Assembly: GCA_965248265.1 (NCBI GenBank)
Contig: CBDFJF010000001.1
Coordinates: 1,184,001 to 1,248,000 of the forward strand
Direction of reading: 5' to 3'
Source: Candidatus Latescibacterota bacterium
GTDB lineage: Bacteria > Latescibacterota > UBA2968 > UBA8231
Length of the DNA stretch: 64,000 nt
A program made the position numbers and the translations under genes. Below the pieces are notes generated by a model. The model ran no database searches. It was not told where the DNA came from and was given only the letters and a program-made list of their open reading frames with translations. Within the stretch, counting starts at the first letter, position 1. The number at the start of each line of letters is the position of its first letter. Shown here piece after piece: positions 10,124 through 18,805 of the stretch.

Positions 10124-11118
10124 TGGTCCGGGCCATTCCCGGAAGAGTCGTCCGACACGATGTCGCCCGACACGATGTCGCCCGACACGACGTCGTCCGT
10201 TGCTTCCAGACTCATGTCCTGTCCGATCGACTGCATGTAATGGATGTAGGCGTCCTCGAGATTTGGATCGAGCGGCTCGGCCGATGGCGTTGGTTTTGCG
10301 TCAGCGACCATGCGGATTTCATACCCTTCAGCAGCCGGCACCATCGACACCACCGGATACCGCTCCCTCAGATGATCCGCTTCCTGAAACTCGGCCTCGA
10401 CCTTCCAGACCTTACCACGTGCCTTGGCCACCAGATCGGTCGGTGGGCCATTGTAGACGATCACTCCGTCGTTGAGCAGCGCTAGGTCAGTACAGGTCGA
10501 CGAGATGTCGCCGACGATGTGAGTGGACAGGATGATGATGATTTCGCCGCGCGCCAGATCAGCCAGTAGATTGCGGAAGCGCAACCGCTCCTGGGGGTCC
10601 AGGCCGGTAGTCGGTTCGTCGACGACCATGACGGCGGGATCGCCGATCAGGGTCTGGGCGATCCCCAGGCGCCGCTTCATACCGCCCGACAGTTTGCTGG
10701 CCTGGCGGTCACGCACCTCGAACAGACCGACCTGCTCGAGCAGGCCGTCGACACGTTCGCGCCGCTCTTTCTTGCGGTACAGACCAGCGAGCGATGCCGC
10801 ATAGTCGAGAAACTCCCAGGTCGCCAGCTTGGGAAAGCGGCTGAAATCCTGGGATAGATAGCCGATCAAGCGGCGGATCTTCGCCCGGTCTCGCTGCAGA
10901 TCGAGGTCGTCGAAACGGACCTCACCCGCCGTCGGCGTCAGCAGGGTCACCAGGATCTTGATCAGCGTCGTCTTGCCGGCGCCGTTGGGGCCCAACAGGC
11001 CGAACATGCCGTTGCCGATCGTCAGATCGACGTCGCGCAAAGCATGGTGGCCTCCTTTGTACTGCTTGCTCAGCTGCCGGATGTCGATACGCAAGAAACG
11101 ATCTCCTTCGGGGCTCAT
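10120..11118 (-). CDS. ABC transporter ATP-binding protein
   Basis: Walker A GPNGAGKTT, LSGGMKRRLGIAQ, Walker B VVDEPTTGLDP, H-loop STH. Confidence 0.96.
   Translation of the reverse strand: MSPEGDRFLRIDIRQLSKQYKGGHHALRDVDLTIGNGMFGLLGPNGAGKTTLIKILVTLLTPTAGEVRFDDLDLQRDRAKIRRLIGYLSQDFSRFPKLATWEFLDYAASLAGLYRKKERRERVDGLLEQVGLFEVRDRQASKLSGGMKRRLGIAQTLIGDPAVMVVDEPTTGLDPQERLRFRNLLADLARGEIIIILSTHIVGDISSTCTDLALLNDGVIVYNGPPTDLVAKARGKVWKVEAEFQEADHLRERYPVVSMVPAAEGYEIRMVADAKPTPSAEPLDPNLEDAYIHYMQSIGQDMSLEATDDVVSGDIVSGDIVSDDSSGNGPDQ
10147..10199. repeat. 15-bp tandem repeat (3.5 copies) in the ABC ATPase tail (DVVSG-DIVSG-DIVSD)
   Basis: gtcgtccgacacgat / gtcgcccgacacgat / gtcgcccgacacgac / gtcgtccg. Confidence 0.85.
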
Positions 11119-11247
11119 TCACATTGAATAATTAGGTGAACCCTGTCCAGGTGTGCGAATCGACTACTCTCCGTACTCGTCCGCTTCGTATCTTTGACTA
11201 TCCTGTGGGCAGTTCAGACTGGTCAGGCGCTATCGACGCGGTATCCC

Positions 11248-12471
11248 ATGCGAATCACTCGAATCATCGATCGGCTCAACGTCGGCGGCCCAGCCAAGCA
11301 CGTGGCCTGGTTGACGGTGGGTCTGGATGCGGCGAACGGCTTTGACACTGTCCTGATCACGGGCACAGTCCCCGCCGGCGAAGATGACATGAGCTACTTC
11401 GCCCGCGATGCCGGAATCGAGCCAGTAGTACTCAAATCAATGAGTCGCGAGCTCAGCTTGATGGATGTCTTCGTGGTCTTCCAACTGGTGGCCCTGTTCC
11501 GGCGGCAGTCGCCCCACATCATTCACACCCACAAATCAAAGGCCGGCGCCGTGGGACGCGTTGCCGCCTGGATCTACAAGTGGCTAACTCCTGGAACGCT
11601 GTTGTTACGGCCCAGGCAGTGCCGCGTCGTCCACACCTATCACGGACATGTACTGCACAGCTACTTCGGCCCTCTCAAGACTCGCCTCTTCATCGCCATC
11701 GAGCGCCTGCTGGCTCGCTGCACCGATCGAATCATCGTCATCAGCGAACAACAGCGACAGGAACTGTCCGAGCACTTTCGCATCGGCCGGCTGGAGCAGT
11801 ACCAGGTCGTACCGCTGGGTCTCGATCTGGAAGAAGGACAAGCTTCCTCTGGTGAGTTGCGGCGGGAGCTGGGACTGCAGCCATCGGATCTGCTCATCGG
11901 CATCGTCGGCCGCTTGAGTCAGATAAAAAACCACGGCATGCTATTAGAGGCCTCAGCGAAACTGTTTGAGGAGGCGCCTGAACTTGGCCAGCAGGTGCGT
12001 ATTGTCGTCATCGGCGATGGTGAGTTGCGCCCCCAATTAGAATCACGTGCTGAAGAGCTCGCCCTCTCCGACAAGGTCATCTTTGCCGGCTTCCGCAGCG
12101 ACGTCATATCACTCTACAACGAGTTCGACCTCATCGCCCTCACCTCGTTGAACGAAGGCACGCCACTTACCCTGATCGAAGCCATGCGCGCCGGCTGCCC
12201 CGTCGTGTCCACTGAAGCAGGCGGCGTCATAGACATTCTCGGATCGCGCGCGTCGCCCGATTCAGAATCTGCCTTCACCCTGTGGGACCACGGTGCCACC
12301 GCACCAACGCGCGACACCCGCGCCTTCACCGATGCCCTGCGTTACCTGCTCGAACAACCGGACCTGCGCCGGGACATGGGTGCTCGAGCCCGGTCCTTCG
12401 TGCAGACCCACTTTTCCAAGGAGCGGATGATCGCCGAAATCGAGACCCTTTACCGCGCGTTGAACAGATGA
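11248..12471 (+). CDS. Glycosyltransferase family 4 (GT-B)
   Basis: RLNVGGPA, IHTHKSKAG, HTYHGH, SLNEGTPLTLIEAM (EX7E). ATG at 11248 is preferred over TTG at 11194. Confidence 0.93.
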   Translation: MRITRIIDRLNVGGPAKHVAWLTVGLDAANGFDTVLITGTVPAGEDDMSYFARDAGIEPVVLKSMSRELSLMDVFVVFQLVALFRRQSPHIIHTHKSKAGAVGRVAAWIYKWLTPGTLLLRPRQCRVVHTYHGHVLHSYFGPLKTRLFIAIERLLARCTDRIIVISEQQRQELSEHFRIGRLEQYQVVPLGLDLEEGQASSGELRRELGLQPSDLLIGIVGRLSQIKNHGMLLEASAKLFEEAPELGQQVRIVVIGDGELRPQLESRAEELALSDKVIFAGFRSDVISLYNEFDLIALTSLNEGTPLTLIEAMRAGCPVVSTEAGGVIDILGSRASPDSESAFTLWDHGATAPTRDTRAFTDALRYLLEQPDLRRDMGARARSFVQTHFSKERMIAEIETLYRALNR

Positions 12472-12995
12472 ATACACTCGAGATGACCCGGTGGGAGTAC
12501 TGCCCTCGCTGCGGCCAGGCAGAAATGCAGCACCGGGGAGACGCCGCCCTCGAATGCACGAAATGTCACTACCTCTATTATCACAGTGCCGTTGCTGCAG
12601 TTGTAGGCATCGTCCAGCACGAAAGCAAGATCATCATCACCAGGCGAGCCAACGATCCGGGAAAGGGACTGCTTGCCATCCCGGGTGGATTCGTCGAACA
12701 CGGGGAGACCCTGGAGGAGACGCTGGTGCGCGAATTACACGAAGAGTTGAACCTCGACGTAACCGCGCCCAGCTACCTGGCTTCCTTTGCCAGCGAGTAC
12801 CTCTTCCGCGACGTACTCTACCGGACAGCCGTCGCCTACTTCGTCGTCACTGACACGGACATCACCCAGGCCCGGGCAGCCGACGACATCGATCACTTTG
12901 AACTCGTGAAGCCCGATGACATCGACGGCAGTAAGCTCGCCTTTGAAGTGGACAAGCTGGCACTGCTTCGGTACTGCGATTGGCGTACCCGTTGA
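12468..12995 (+). CDS. NUDIX hydrolase with N-terminal zinc ribbon
   Basis: CPRCG...CTKC and NUDIX box GGFVEHGETLEETLVRELHEELNL. ATGA overlap with the glycosyltransferase stop. Confidence 0.92.
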   Translation: MNTLEMTRWEYCPRCGQAEMQHRGDAALECTKCHYLYYHSAVAAVVGIVQHESKIIITRRANDPGKGLLAIPGGFVEHGETLEETLVRELHEELNLDVTAPSYLASFASEYLFRDVLYRTAVAYFVVTDTDITQARAADDIDHFELVKPDDIDGSKLAFEVDKLALLRYCDWRTR

Positions 12996-12998
12996 CTA

Positions 12999-14063
12999 AT
13001 GCCCAGCATGCCCGGCGTCGATAAAGCCACCATACTCGCTCGCCGCCTCGTCACCCAGGGCTTGAGTGTTCCAGCGACAAGCCGTGACGGATACCTGAAG
13101 CTCGTTCGCCGCTTACAGCCCATCACCCCTGTCGCCTTCACCATGCCAGGCCATCCACCGCGACTCGTGCATCGCACGACCTTCGATGACGGCGCCCTTG
13201 CCGACGAGTTTCGGAGTCGCCGCGAGCTCGTCAAGGGCCGCTTCCTCGGCGGCAACGTCAGCTACGTGTTAGCCGAAGATCTTCAACTCTACGCCACCGC
13301 CTTTCGCAAACCGCTCACCACGACGACGCCGATTCAGGAGCGCGTGCTGCAGGCGTTGCGCTACACAGAAGAGTTGAGCACGCGGCAACTCAGCGAAGAA
13401 ACGGGACTCAAGAACAAGCAGCTCACGCCGGCCCTTCACCGGCTGCAGCAAGCCTGTCTGGTCTTCGAGGATCAAGAAGACAGCTCGTGGGCACGCCCGT
13501 GGTCATTGATGGAACGCGCCTGGCCTAAACTCGACCTGGACCACCAACCGGCAGAAGACGCCATCGTTGAGGTGCTCTGTCGCTTTTTGCAGGGCTTCGT
13601 TTGCGCCACCTTCGAACAATTCAAGAACTGGACTCGATTGCCCGCCCGCTCTCTGCGCAAGGCGCTGGCTCAGGGCGAGCGCAACGGTGTCCTGGTGACC
13701 GGGGACGTACCTGACCTGCCCCCGGTTTGGATGTGCCCCGAGGACCGCCACGGCGATTTGTCCCAGCCCCAACCCAGCGTGTTCATGCTCCACCGGTCCG
13801 ACCCCCTCGTGCTCGCCGAACAGTGTGCCCTCAAGAAGCAATACGCCAAACACGAGGTGTTGCAGTACCTCCTCATCGATGGCGAATTCCGTGGAGCCGT
13901 GTGCGGCCACTGGCGAATCGGACCGCATGATGTCGACGACGTCATCCTCGACCTGCCCGTTGCCCAATGCACCTCACGCAGACGGGCTATTCTGGAAGCT
14001 GTGGCAGCGCACTATCACCCTCCCGGGCACCACATTCTGCGTTACACCGGGAAAAATATCTAA
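12999..14063 (+). CDS. Winged-helix protein, AlkZ/YcaQ (HTH_42) DNA glycosylase-like
   Basis: RRLVTQGL, RRELVKGRFLGGNVSYV, central wHTH, LLIDGEFRG..W near the C-terminus. Confidence 0.6.
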   Translation: MPSMPGVDKATILARRLVTQGLSVPATSRDGYLKLVRRLQPITPVAFTMPGHPPRLVHRTTFDDGALADEFRSRRELVKGRFLGGNVSYVLAEDLQLYATAFRKPLTTTTPIQERVLQALRYTEELSTRQLSEETGLKNKQLTPALHRLQQACLVFEDQEDSSWARPWSLMERAWPKLDLDHQPAEDAIVEVLCRFLQGFVCATFEQFKNWTRLPARSLRKALAQGERNGVLVTGDVPDLPPVWMCPEDRHGDLSQPQPSVFMLHRSDPLVLAEQCALKKQYAKHEVLQYLLIDGEFRGAVCGHWRIGPHDVDDVILDLPVAQCTSRRRAILEAVAAHYHPPGHHILRYTGKNI

Positions 14064-14104
14064 GGCCAGGTACCAGACAGGATCCGCTTGCAGCAGCCAG
14101 TGGG

Positions 14105-14186
14105 TGTGATGCCGATCACAAAGGACGTGATGCCGATCACAAAGGACGTGATGCCGATCACAGAAGACGTGATTTCGCACACAGAA
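14105..14186. repeat. 21-bp tandem repeat x4, each unit a (T/C)GTGA-N6-TCACA palindrome
   Basis: TGTGATGCCGATCACA at 14105, CGTGATGCCGATCACA at 14126 and 14147, CGTGATTTCGCACACA at 14168. Confidence 0.9.
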
Positions 14187-14391
14187 ATTCCCGTTTGTTT
14201 CGACGATATTGCCCCCCTGGGCCCGATCCTATTTGGTCTACTTAGCACGTTGACCACCCCTTTTACACGTTCTACCTGCTCGCTGCGAAAAAAGGACGAC
14301 GAAGGCGCGATTGTGCCATGGCATTCCATCGTCTGCCGCACGACGTTCTGGTACGTACGATGCACTCGCTTTTAACCCAAAGGTGCAGGCT

Positions 14392-15144
14392 ATGCCCGAC
14401 GAATCGGTGCTGATCGTCGAAGATGAGGCGATCGTCGCCGCACACCTTTCTGATACCGTCCAGAAATTGGGTTACGACGTTCTGGAAGTCGTCTCGTCCG
14501 GCACCACAGCAGTCACCAGGGTGGCCCAGTTGAAGCCCGATCTCGTGCTCATGGACATCACCCTTGACGGCGACAAGGATGGTGTGATGGCCGCGCAGAC
14601 CATCGGCCAGCGTTTCAAGATTCCCGTCGTCTTCGTCACCGCTCACACCGACCGCAACACCATCGACCGGGCACGCGCCACCAACCCAAGTGGCTACGTC
14701 GTCAAACCCTTTGACGAGGACACGATCGGTGCCGCCATCAGCAAGGCACTCGAGGGATCGGACCCGAAACCGGCAGCGGCCGCGAGTCGCGCTTCGATTC
14801 TCATCATCGATGACATGGCCCACACTCAGGCGACCCTCGTCGATCTGCTGGCGCGCAAACACACGGTCAAGCAATCGCCATCCGTTGCCCATGCAAGGCA
14901 GATGCTGGCCTCGGCTCCCTTCGACTTGATCGTCGTCAACATCGGTGTCTCAGACGCCCTGGGTGGCGTGGCCATCCGTGAACTTCGAAGAGAGGTACTC
15001 GTCGAGACGCCCGTGATCGTGGTAGCCGACCGCGTCGACCGTGAAATGACTGCGTTGCTCAGATCGGAAGTCTCCGCCATTCTCATGACCTCACAGCTCG
15101 CCTCCCGCCTCGAGGACTCGGTCAATCACGCACTGACGAAATAG
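14392..15144 (+). CDS. Response regulator with two receiver domains (second degenerate)
   Basis: REC1: LIVEDE, DLVLMDI, TA, KPF. REC2: LIIDD, then DLIVVNI with the phospho-Asp replaced by Asn. Confidence 0.88.
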   Translation: MPDESVLIVEDEAIVAAHLSDTVQKLGYDVLEVVSSGTTAVTRVAQLKPDLVLMDITLDGDKDGVMAAQTIGQRFKIPVVFVTAHTDRNTIDRARATNPSGYVVKPFDEDTIGAAISKALEGSDPKPAAAASRASILIIDDMAHTQATLVDLLARKHTVKQSPSVAHARQMLASAPFDLIVVNIGVSDALGGVAIRELRREVLVETPVIVVADRVDREMTALLRSEVSAILMTSQLASRLEDSVNHALTK

Positions 15145-15232
15145 CTCGATTCGTTGGTGTCCTGTCTCACGCGATTGACCGGATACTCCAAAAGCCTCTT
15201 TATCCACTGAGAGGATTTGGAGTCTCCATGTC

Positions 15233-16552
15233 TTGAATGATGCCAGTGACCCCCTTCCAAAGGAAACCCGCGAACGCGGTCAGCGCCGCCTGATACTGTA
15301 CCTGATCACGGGGTCGATCGTCGGACAATTCATCGTCTCGAACGCCCCCCTGTTCCTGCTGGCCCTCGGGGCATCCCCCTTCCACATCGGCCTGCTGGCC
15401 ACCCTGATCAAGCTTGCGAGTACCTCGCGACTGGTTGGCGCCCGAGCCCTGCCCTACTTGGGCAAGACGCGCACCCTCTACCTCGGGCGGGCGCTCGGCA
15501 GCATCGGCCCGTTCCTGCTCGTTCCGGTTGCGTTGGCGACCGATCTGGGCTCGGATGCGATCTGGCTCGCCATCGGCCTGGTGGTGCTGCGCCAACTCGT
15601 CGTACAGGCTGGCGGCGCAGGCTTCTGGCCGCTGATTCAGGACAACACCTCGACCTCGTCACTCTCCGGGTTCATAACCCGGCAAAAAATCACCCAGCGG
15701 GTGCTCGCCCTCGCCGTTCCGCTGGTCGCCGGTTGGTACCTGGGGTCACAGCTATCCGCGGCGCGATTTGCCCTTCCCTTTGCGCTGACCGCGGCCGTGG
15801 GAGTCACTGGCGCCTGGTGGGTTCGCAGCATCTCCGAGCGCACGCTACCGAAACCGACGGAACGCTACCTTTCCCGTCTACGGTCGGTCCTGAGATTCTC
15901 AGCGGTGCGCGGATACATCCTCTGTTTCGGCCTGTGTGCCTTCGTCAGCACGGCGTCCATGACCTTCTGGGTCGTTGTCCTGTACGAACGCGGCATGCCC
16001 GTGGACTACTACGTGTGGCTGACCGCCCTCGCCGCTCTGGGCGAAGTACTGACGCTGTACGGATGGGGTCGTCTCATCGAAGCTCATGGTTACCGGGCCG
16101 TGCTCACCGCGACCCTCATGTTTCTCGGATTGGCCGCGCCGGTGTGGCTGACCCTTCCCGTGGAAACAACACCCCTCATAATCTGGGGTGCCGTGTTCTA
16201 CTTCTTGTGGGGCGTGTTCGTCGGCGGCTTGAACTTCGGCGAGACGCGAGCGATGATCGACGCGGTGCCGGATGGATATCAGGGCGAGGGCTTCGCGGTG
16301 ATGGCGTTCTTCAGCTCGGTAACGGCGGCCCTTGGAGCCTTCGTCGGCGGCCTCGTTTTCGAATGGGCCAACAGTATCCCCTCTGCTACGGACGGCTCGG
16401 AGCCCACCCTCATCTATCTCACGGTCACCCAGTCGTTGTTGATCTGTGGATGGTTTCTGTGCAGGCTCTTGAAGGGTTACCGTGATCAGCCATCCCTGGC
16501 GGCCCTCCTTGGACGGCAGGCCCGGCGCTGCTTGGGGCAATCTGCCGGCTAA
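15233..16552 (+). CDS. MFS transporter
   Basis: About 12 hydrophobic segments, WGRLIEAHGYR motif-A-like loop, LGASPFHIGLL. Confidence 0.85.
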   Translation: MNDASDPLPKETRERGQRRLILYLITGSIVGQFIVSNAPLFLLALGASPFHIGLLATLIKLASTSRLVGARALPYLGKTRTLYLGRALGSIGPFLLVPVALATDLGSDAIWLAIGLVVLRQLVVQAGGAGFWPLIQDNTSTSSLSGFITRQKITQRVLALAVPLVAGWYLGSQLSAARFALPFALTAAVGVTGAWWVRSISERTLPKPTERYLSRLRSVLRFSAVRGYILCFGLCAFVSTASMTFWVVVLYERGMPVDYYVWLTALAALGEVLTLYGWGRLIEAHGYRAVLTATLMFLGLAAPVWLTLPVETTPLIIWGAVFYFLWGVFVGGLNFGETRAMIDAVPDGYQGEGFAVMAFFSSVTAALGAFVGGLVFEWANSIPSATDGSEPTLIYLTVTQSLLICGWFLCRLLKGYRDQPSLAALLGRQARRCLGQSAG

Positions 16553-17406
16553 TGCGAATCTTGAGCGTCGGCGGATTTGGCCCAGTCGCCTCGGTATTGC
16601 TCGATAAATCGTTCATAGAATCTCACCGCGGAACTGCTCAGACCTTCTAGATAGCCCTTCTCCAGAAACCATGGCTGGTCCGAGAAGTAATCGAATCGAG
16701 GCTTGGACGCACTGGAGTAGGTCAACATCAGCGTTCGCCGTAAACGGTCGGTATGATAGCGGCCGCGGTGCAGGCCGTAGGGATTGAACGCGGCGCCGTC
16801 TCCGGGCGCCAGATCCAGACGCAGAGCTCCGGGCATGTCGCAGGAGCGGTTGTGGCGCTGTCCATCACCGTGGCGGATGGCGAATTCCCGCGGCGTATCC
16901 CAGCGTAAATGGGACCCCGGTACCACCTCGACGTCGTCTGATGGCACCAGAGCCACTTGCAGCTGGAAGGAGTTCCCCCTCTCGCCCAGCGTGGTGACGA
17001 CGCGCTTCTCCTCCTCTACATCGGGATGCAGAAACTGCGAGTCACGGTGCCAGTGTCCGTCCTTGCCGGTCTCGAGCGGATTCATGAACAGACTGGTGCA
17101 GCGAAAGAGGACCTCCTCTCCCAGGATGCTGCTGCCCAACTCCAGCACTCCGGGATCCGCTGCGGCTTCCAATATGGTCACCTGGCCGGCACGATCTTGT
17201 CGATGATACTCGGGGTGGTTGAGGTGACGCATTGAGGTCGCATCGACGCCACCGGCCTCGCCCGTTTCCGGGCTGCACTGACGCCACTGCTGCAGACAAC
17301 CTTCACTGATCTCGAGCAACCTCTCGCAGACGTCCGTCCCGTACAGCGACGGCGCCACCACGTAGCCTTCTCGAGCCCATTGATCCGCGATGGTTGAGTT
17401 ACTCAA
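16549..17406 (-). CDS. Phytanoyl-CoA dioxygenase (PhyH) family Fe(II)/2OG oxygenase
   Basis: EGYVV, WHRD (HxD), VVPGSH, LHRG. The start is uncertain; TTG at 17406 was chosen. Confidence 0.88.
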   Translation of the reverse strand: MSNSTIADQWAREGYVVAPSLYGTDVCERLLEISEGCLQQWRQCSPETGEAGGVDATSMRHLNHPEYHRQDRAGQVTILEAAADPGVLELGSSILGEEVLFRCTSLFMNPLETGKDGHWHRDSQFLHPDVEEEKRVVTTLGERGNSFQLQVALVPSDDVEVVPGSHLRWDTPREFAIRHGDGQRHNRSCDMPGALRLDLAPGDGAAFNPYGLHRGRYHTDRLRRTLMLTYSSASKPRFDYFSDQPWFLEKGYLEGLSSSAVRFYERFIEQYRGDWAKSADAQDSH

Positions 17407-17533
17407 AACGATTTCCGTGAAAAATGCTTGCCAGGGTTTTGTCTCTTCAAGGAACTTCCCTTCACCCGTTGTCCGGCGATGCAGCCCGGCGCGGACAGTC
17501 ACTCCCACTAAATGTACCCAACAGCCACTGGAC

Positions 17534-18583
17534 ATGCCGAAACTGAGAACCGCGCCCAGGACTGGCGTTGCCGCGCGCGTACTGCTGGTAGCCGATACCC
17601 ATATCGGCTTCGACCTGCCGGCGCGACCCCGAGTCCAGCGCCGCCGCCGCGGTCATGACTTTCTAGCCAACTTCGAGCGCGCCCTCCAGCCGGCCATGAA
17701 CGGCCTCGTCGACGTCGTCGTCCACGGCGGCGATCTGTTCTTTCGCAGCAAGGTGGGAGCGGGGCTCGTTGAGCAGGCGATGCGGCCACTTGTCGAAGTC
17801 GCCAGGCTCGGCGTGCCCGTCTTCATCGTGCCGGGCAACCACGAACGCTCGCGCATACCGTTGCATCTTTGGGCCACCCACCCTGGCATCCACATCTTCG
17901 ATCAACCCAGAACCTTCAGCTGCCAGGTCTCCGGCCACTCATTGGCGCTGTCGGGATTCCCGTTCGTCCCAGACATCCGGCAACGATTCGAGACGACGTT
18001 GGAGGCGACCGGCTGGCGGGGGGTTGAGGCTGACGCGAGCATCCTCTGCCTGCATCAGGCCGTGGAAGGAGCGCGCGTCGGCCCGGTCAATTTCACTTTC
18101 CGCAACGGCTCGGACGTCATCCGCGGAAGCGACATCCCACGTGGCTTCGATGCCGTGTTGTCCGGGCACATCCACCGAGCCCAACGGCTCGATCGCGAGC
18201 TGAATGGCAGAATGCTGGCAGCCCCTGTCATCTACCCGGGATCCGTCGAACGCACATCATGGGCAGAGCGAGATGAAGTAAAGAAGTTTGCCATCGTGCG
18301 CATCGGCCTCTCGGGCTCCTGCAAGGACAAATTCCTCGACTCCAACTTCGTCACCCTACCGGCGCGCCCGATGGTAGACCTGGTAGTCGACTCGATGCGA
18401 TCGACGACCGAAATCCGCGCCAACCTGGGACGGCGGCTCGGTGCCGTGGACCCGAATGCCATCGTCCGGATCCACTACGAAGGGGATTGGACCACGGAAA
18501 TTGGTAGCGCCCTCAGCGCTGATAGTCTTCGAGCCTTGGCCCCCGCGACGATGAACATCTCGCTGGCGGGAACGAGGTTCTGA
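17534..18583 (+). CDS. SbcD/Mre11-like metallophosphoesterase (DNA repair nuclease)
   Basis: ADTHIG, GGDLF, PGNHE, LHQ, SGHIH, YPGS.ER motifs. Confidence 0.88.
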   Translation: MPKLRTAPRTGVAARVLLVADTHIGFDLPARPRVQRRRRGHDFLANFERALQPAMNGLVDVVVHGGDLFFRSKVGAGLVEQAMRPLVEVARLGVPVFIVPGNHERSRIPLHLWATHPGIHIFDQPRTFSCQVSGHSLALSGFPFVPDIRQRFETTLEATGWRGVEADASILCLHQAVEGARVGPVNFTFRNGSDVIRGSDIPRGFDAVLSGHIHRAQRLDRELNGRMLAAPVIYPGSVERTSWAERDEVKKFAIVRIGLSGSCKDKFLDSNFVTLPARPMVDLVVDSMRSTTEIRANLGRRLGAVDPNAIVRIHYEGDWTTEIGSALSADSLRALAPATMNISLAGTRF

Positions 18584-18805
18584 AGCGCTATCGACCGCAT
18601 CCAGTTCGGCGTGTTCCTCCAGGAAGGCCTGTACGTCCCCATTCAGCGACTTCCCAGTCACAAACACTTCATCCAACTGATCTCCCGCAGTGTTTCTCCG
18701 GATCCCGCAACACTCAGTTCGGGGTTGCCAACGACGGATCGGGCGAGGATATTCGGCGACGGCCTAATCCGGCCGTAGTGAGCATTCATGAATTGAGGGA
18801 TCGAA

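Noticed and set aside
14105-14186. Possible mini-CRISPR array
   Set aside because: The units are contiguous 21-mers with no unique spacers, and no cas genes are in the window.
14088-14375. 95-aa ORF with VMPITKD repeats as a RiPP precursor
   Set aside because: It is a by-product of the in-frame DNA repeat, with no leader features or modifying enzymes nearby.
18590-18790. Protein-like minus-strand stretch (DEVFVTGKSLNGDVQAFLEEHAELD)
   Set aside because: No recognisable family, and the ORF overlaps the nuclease antisense.
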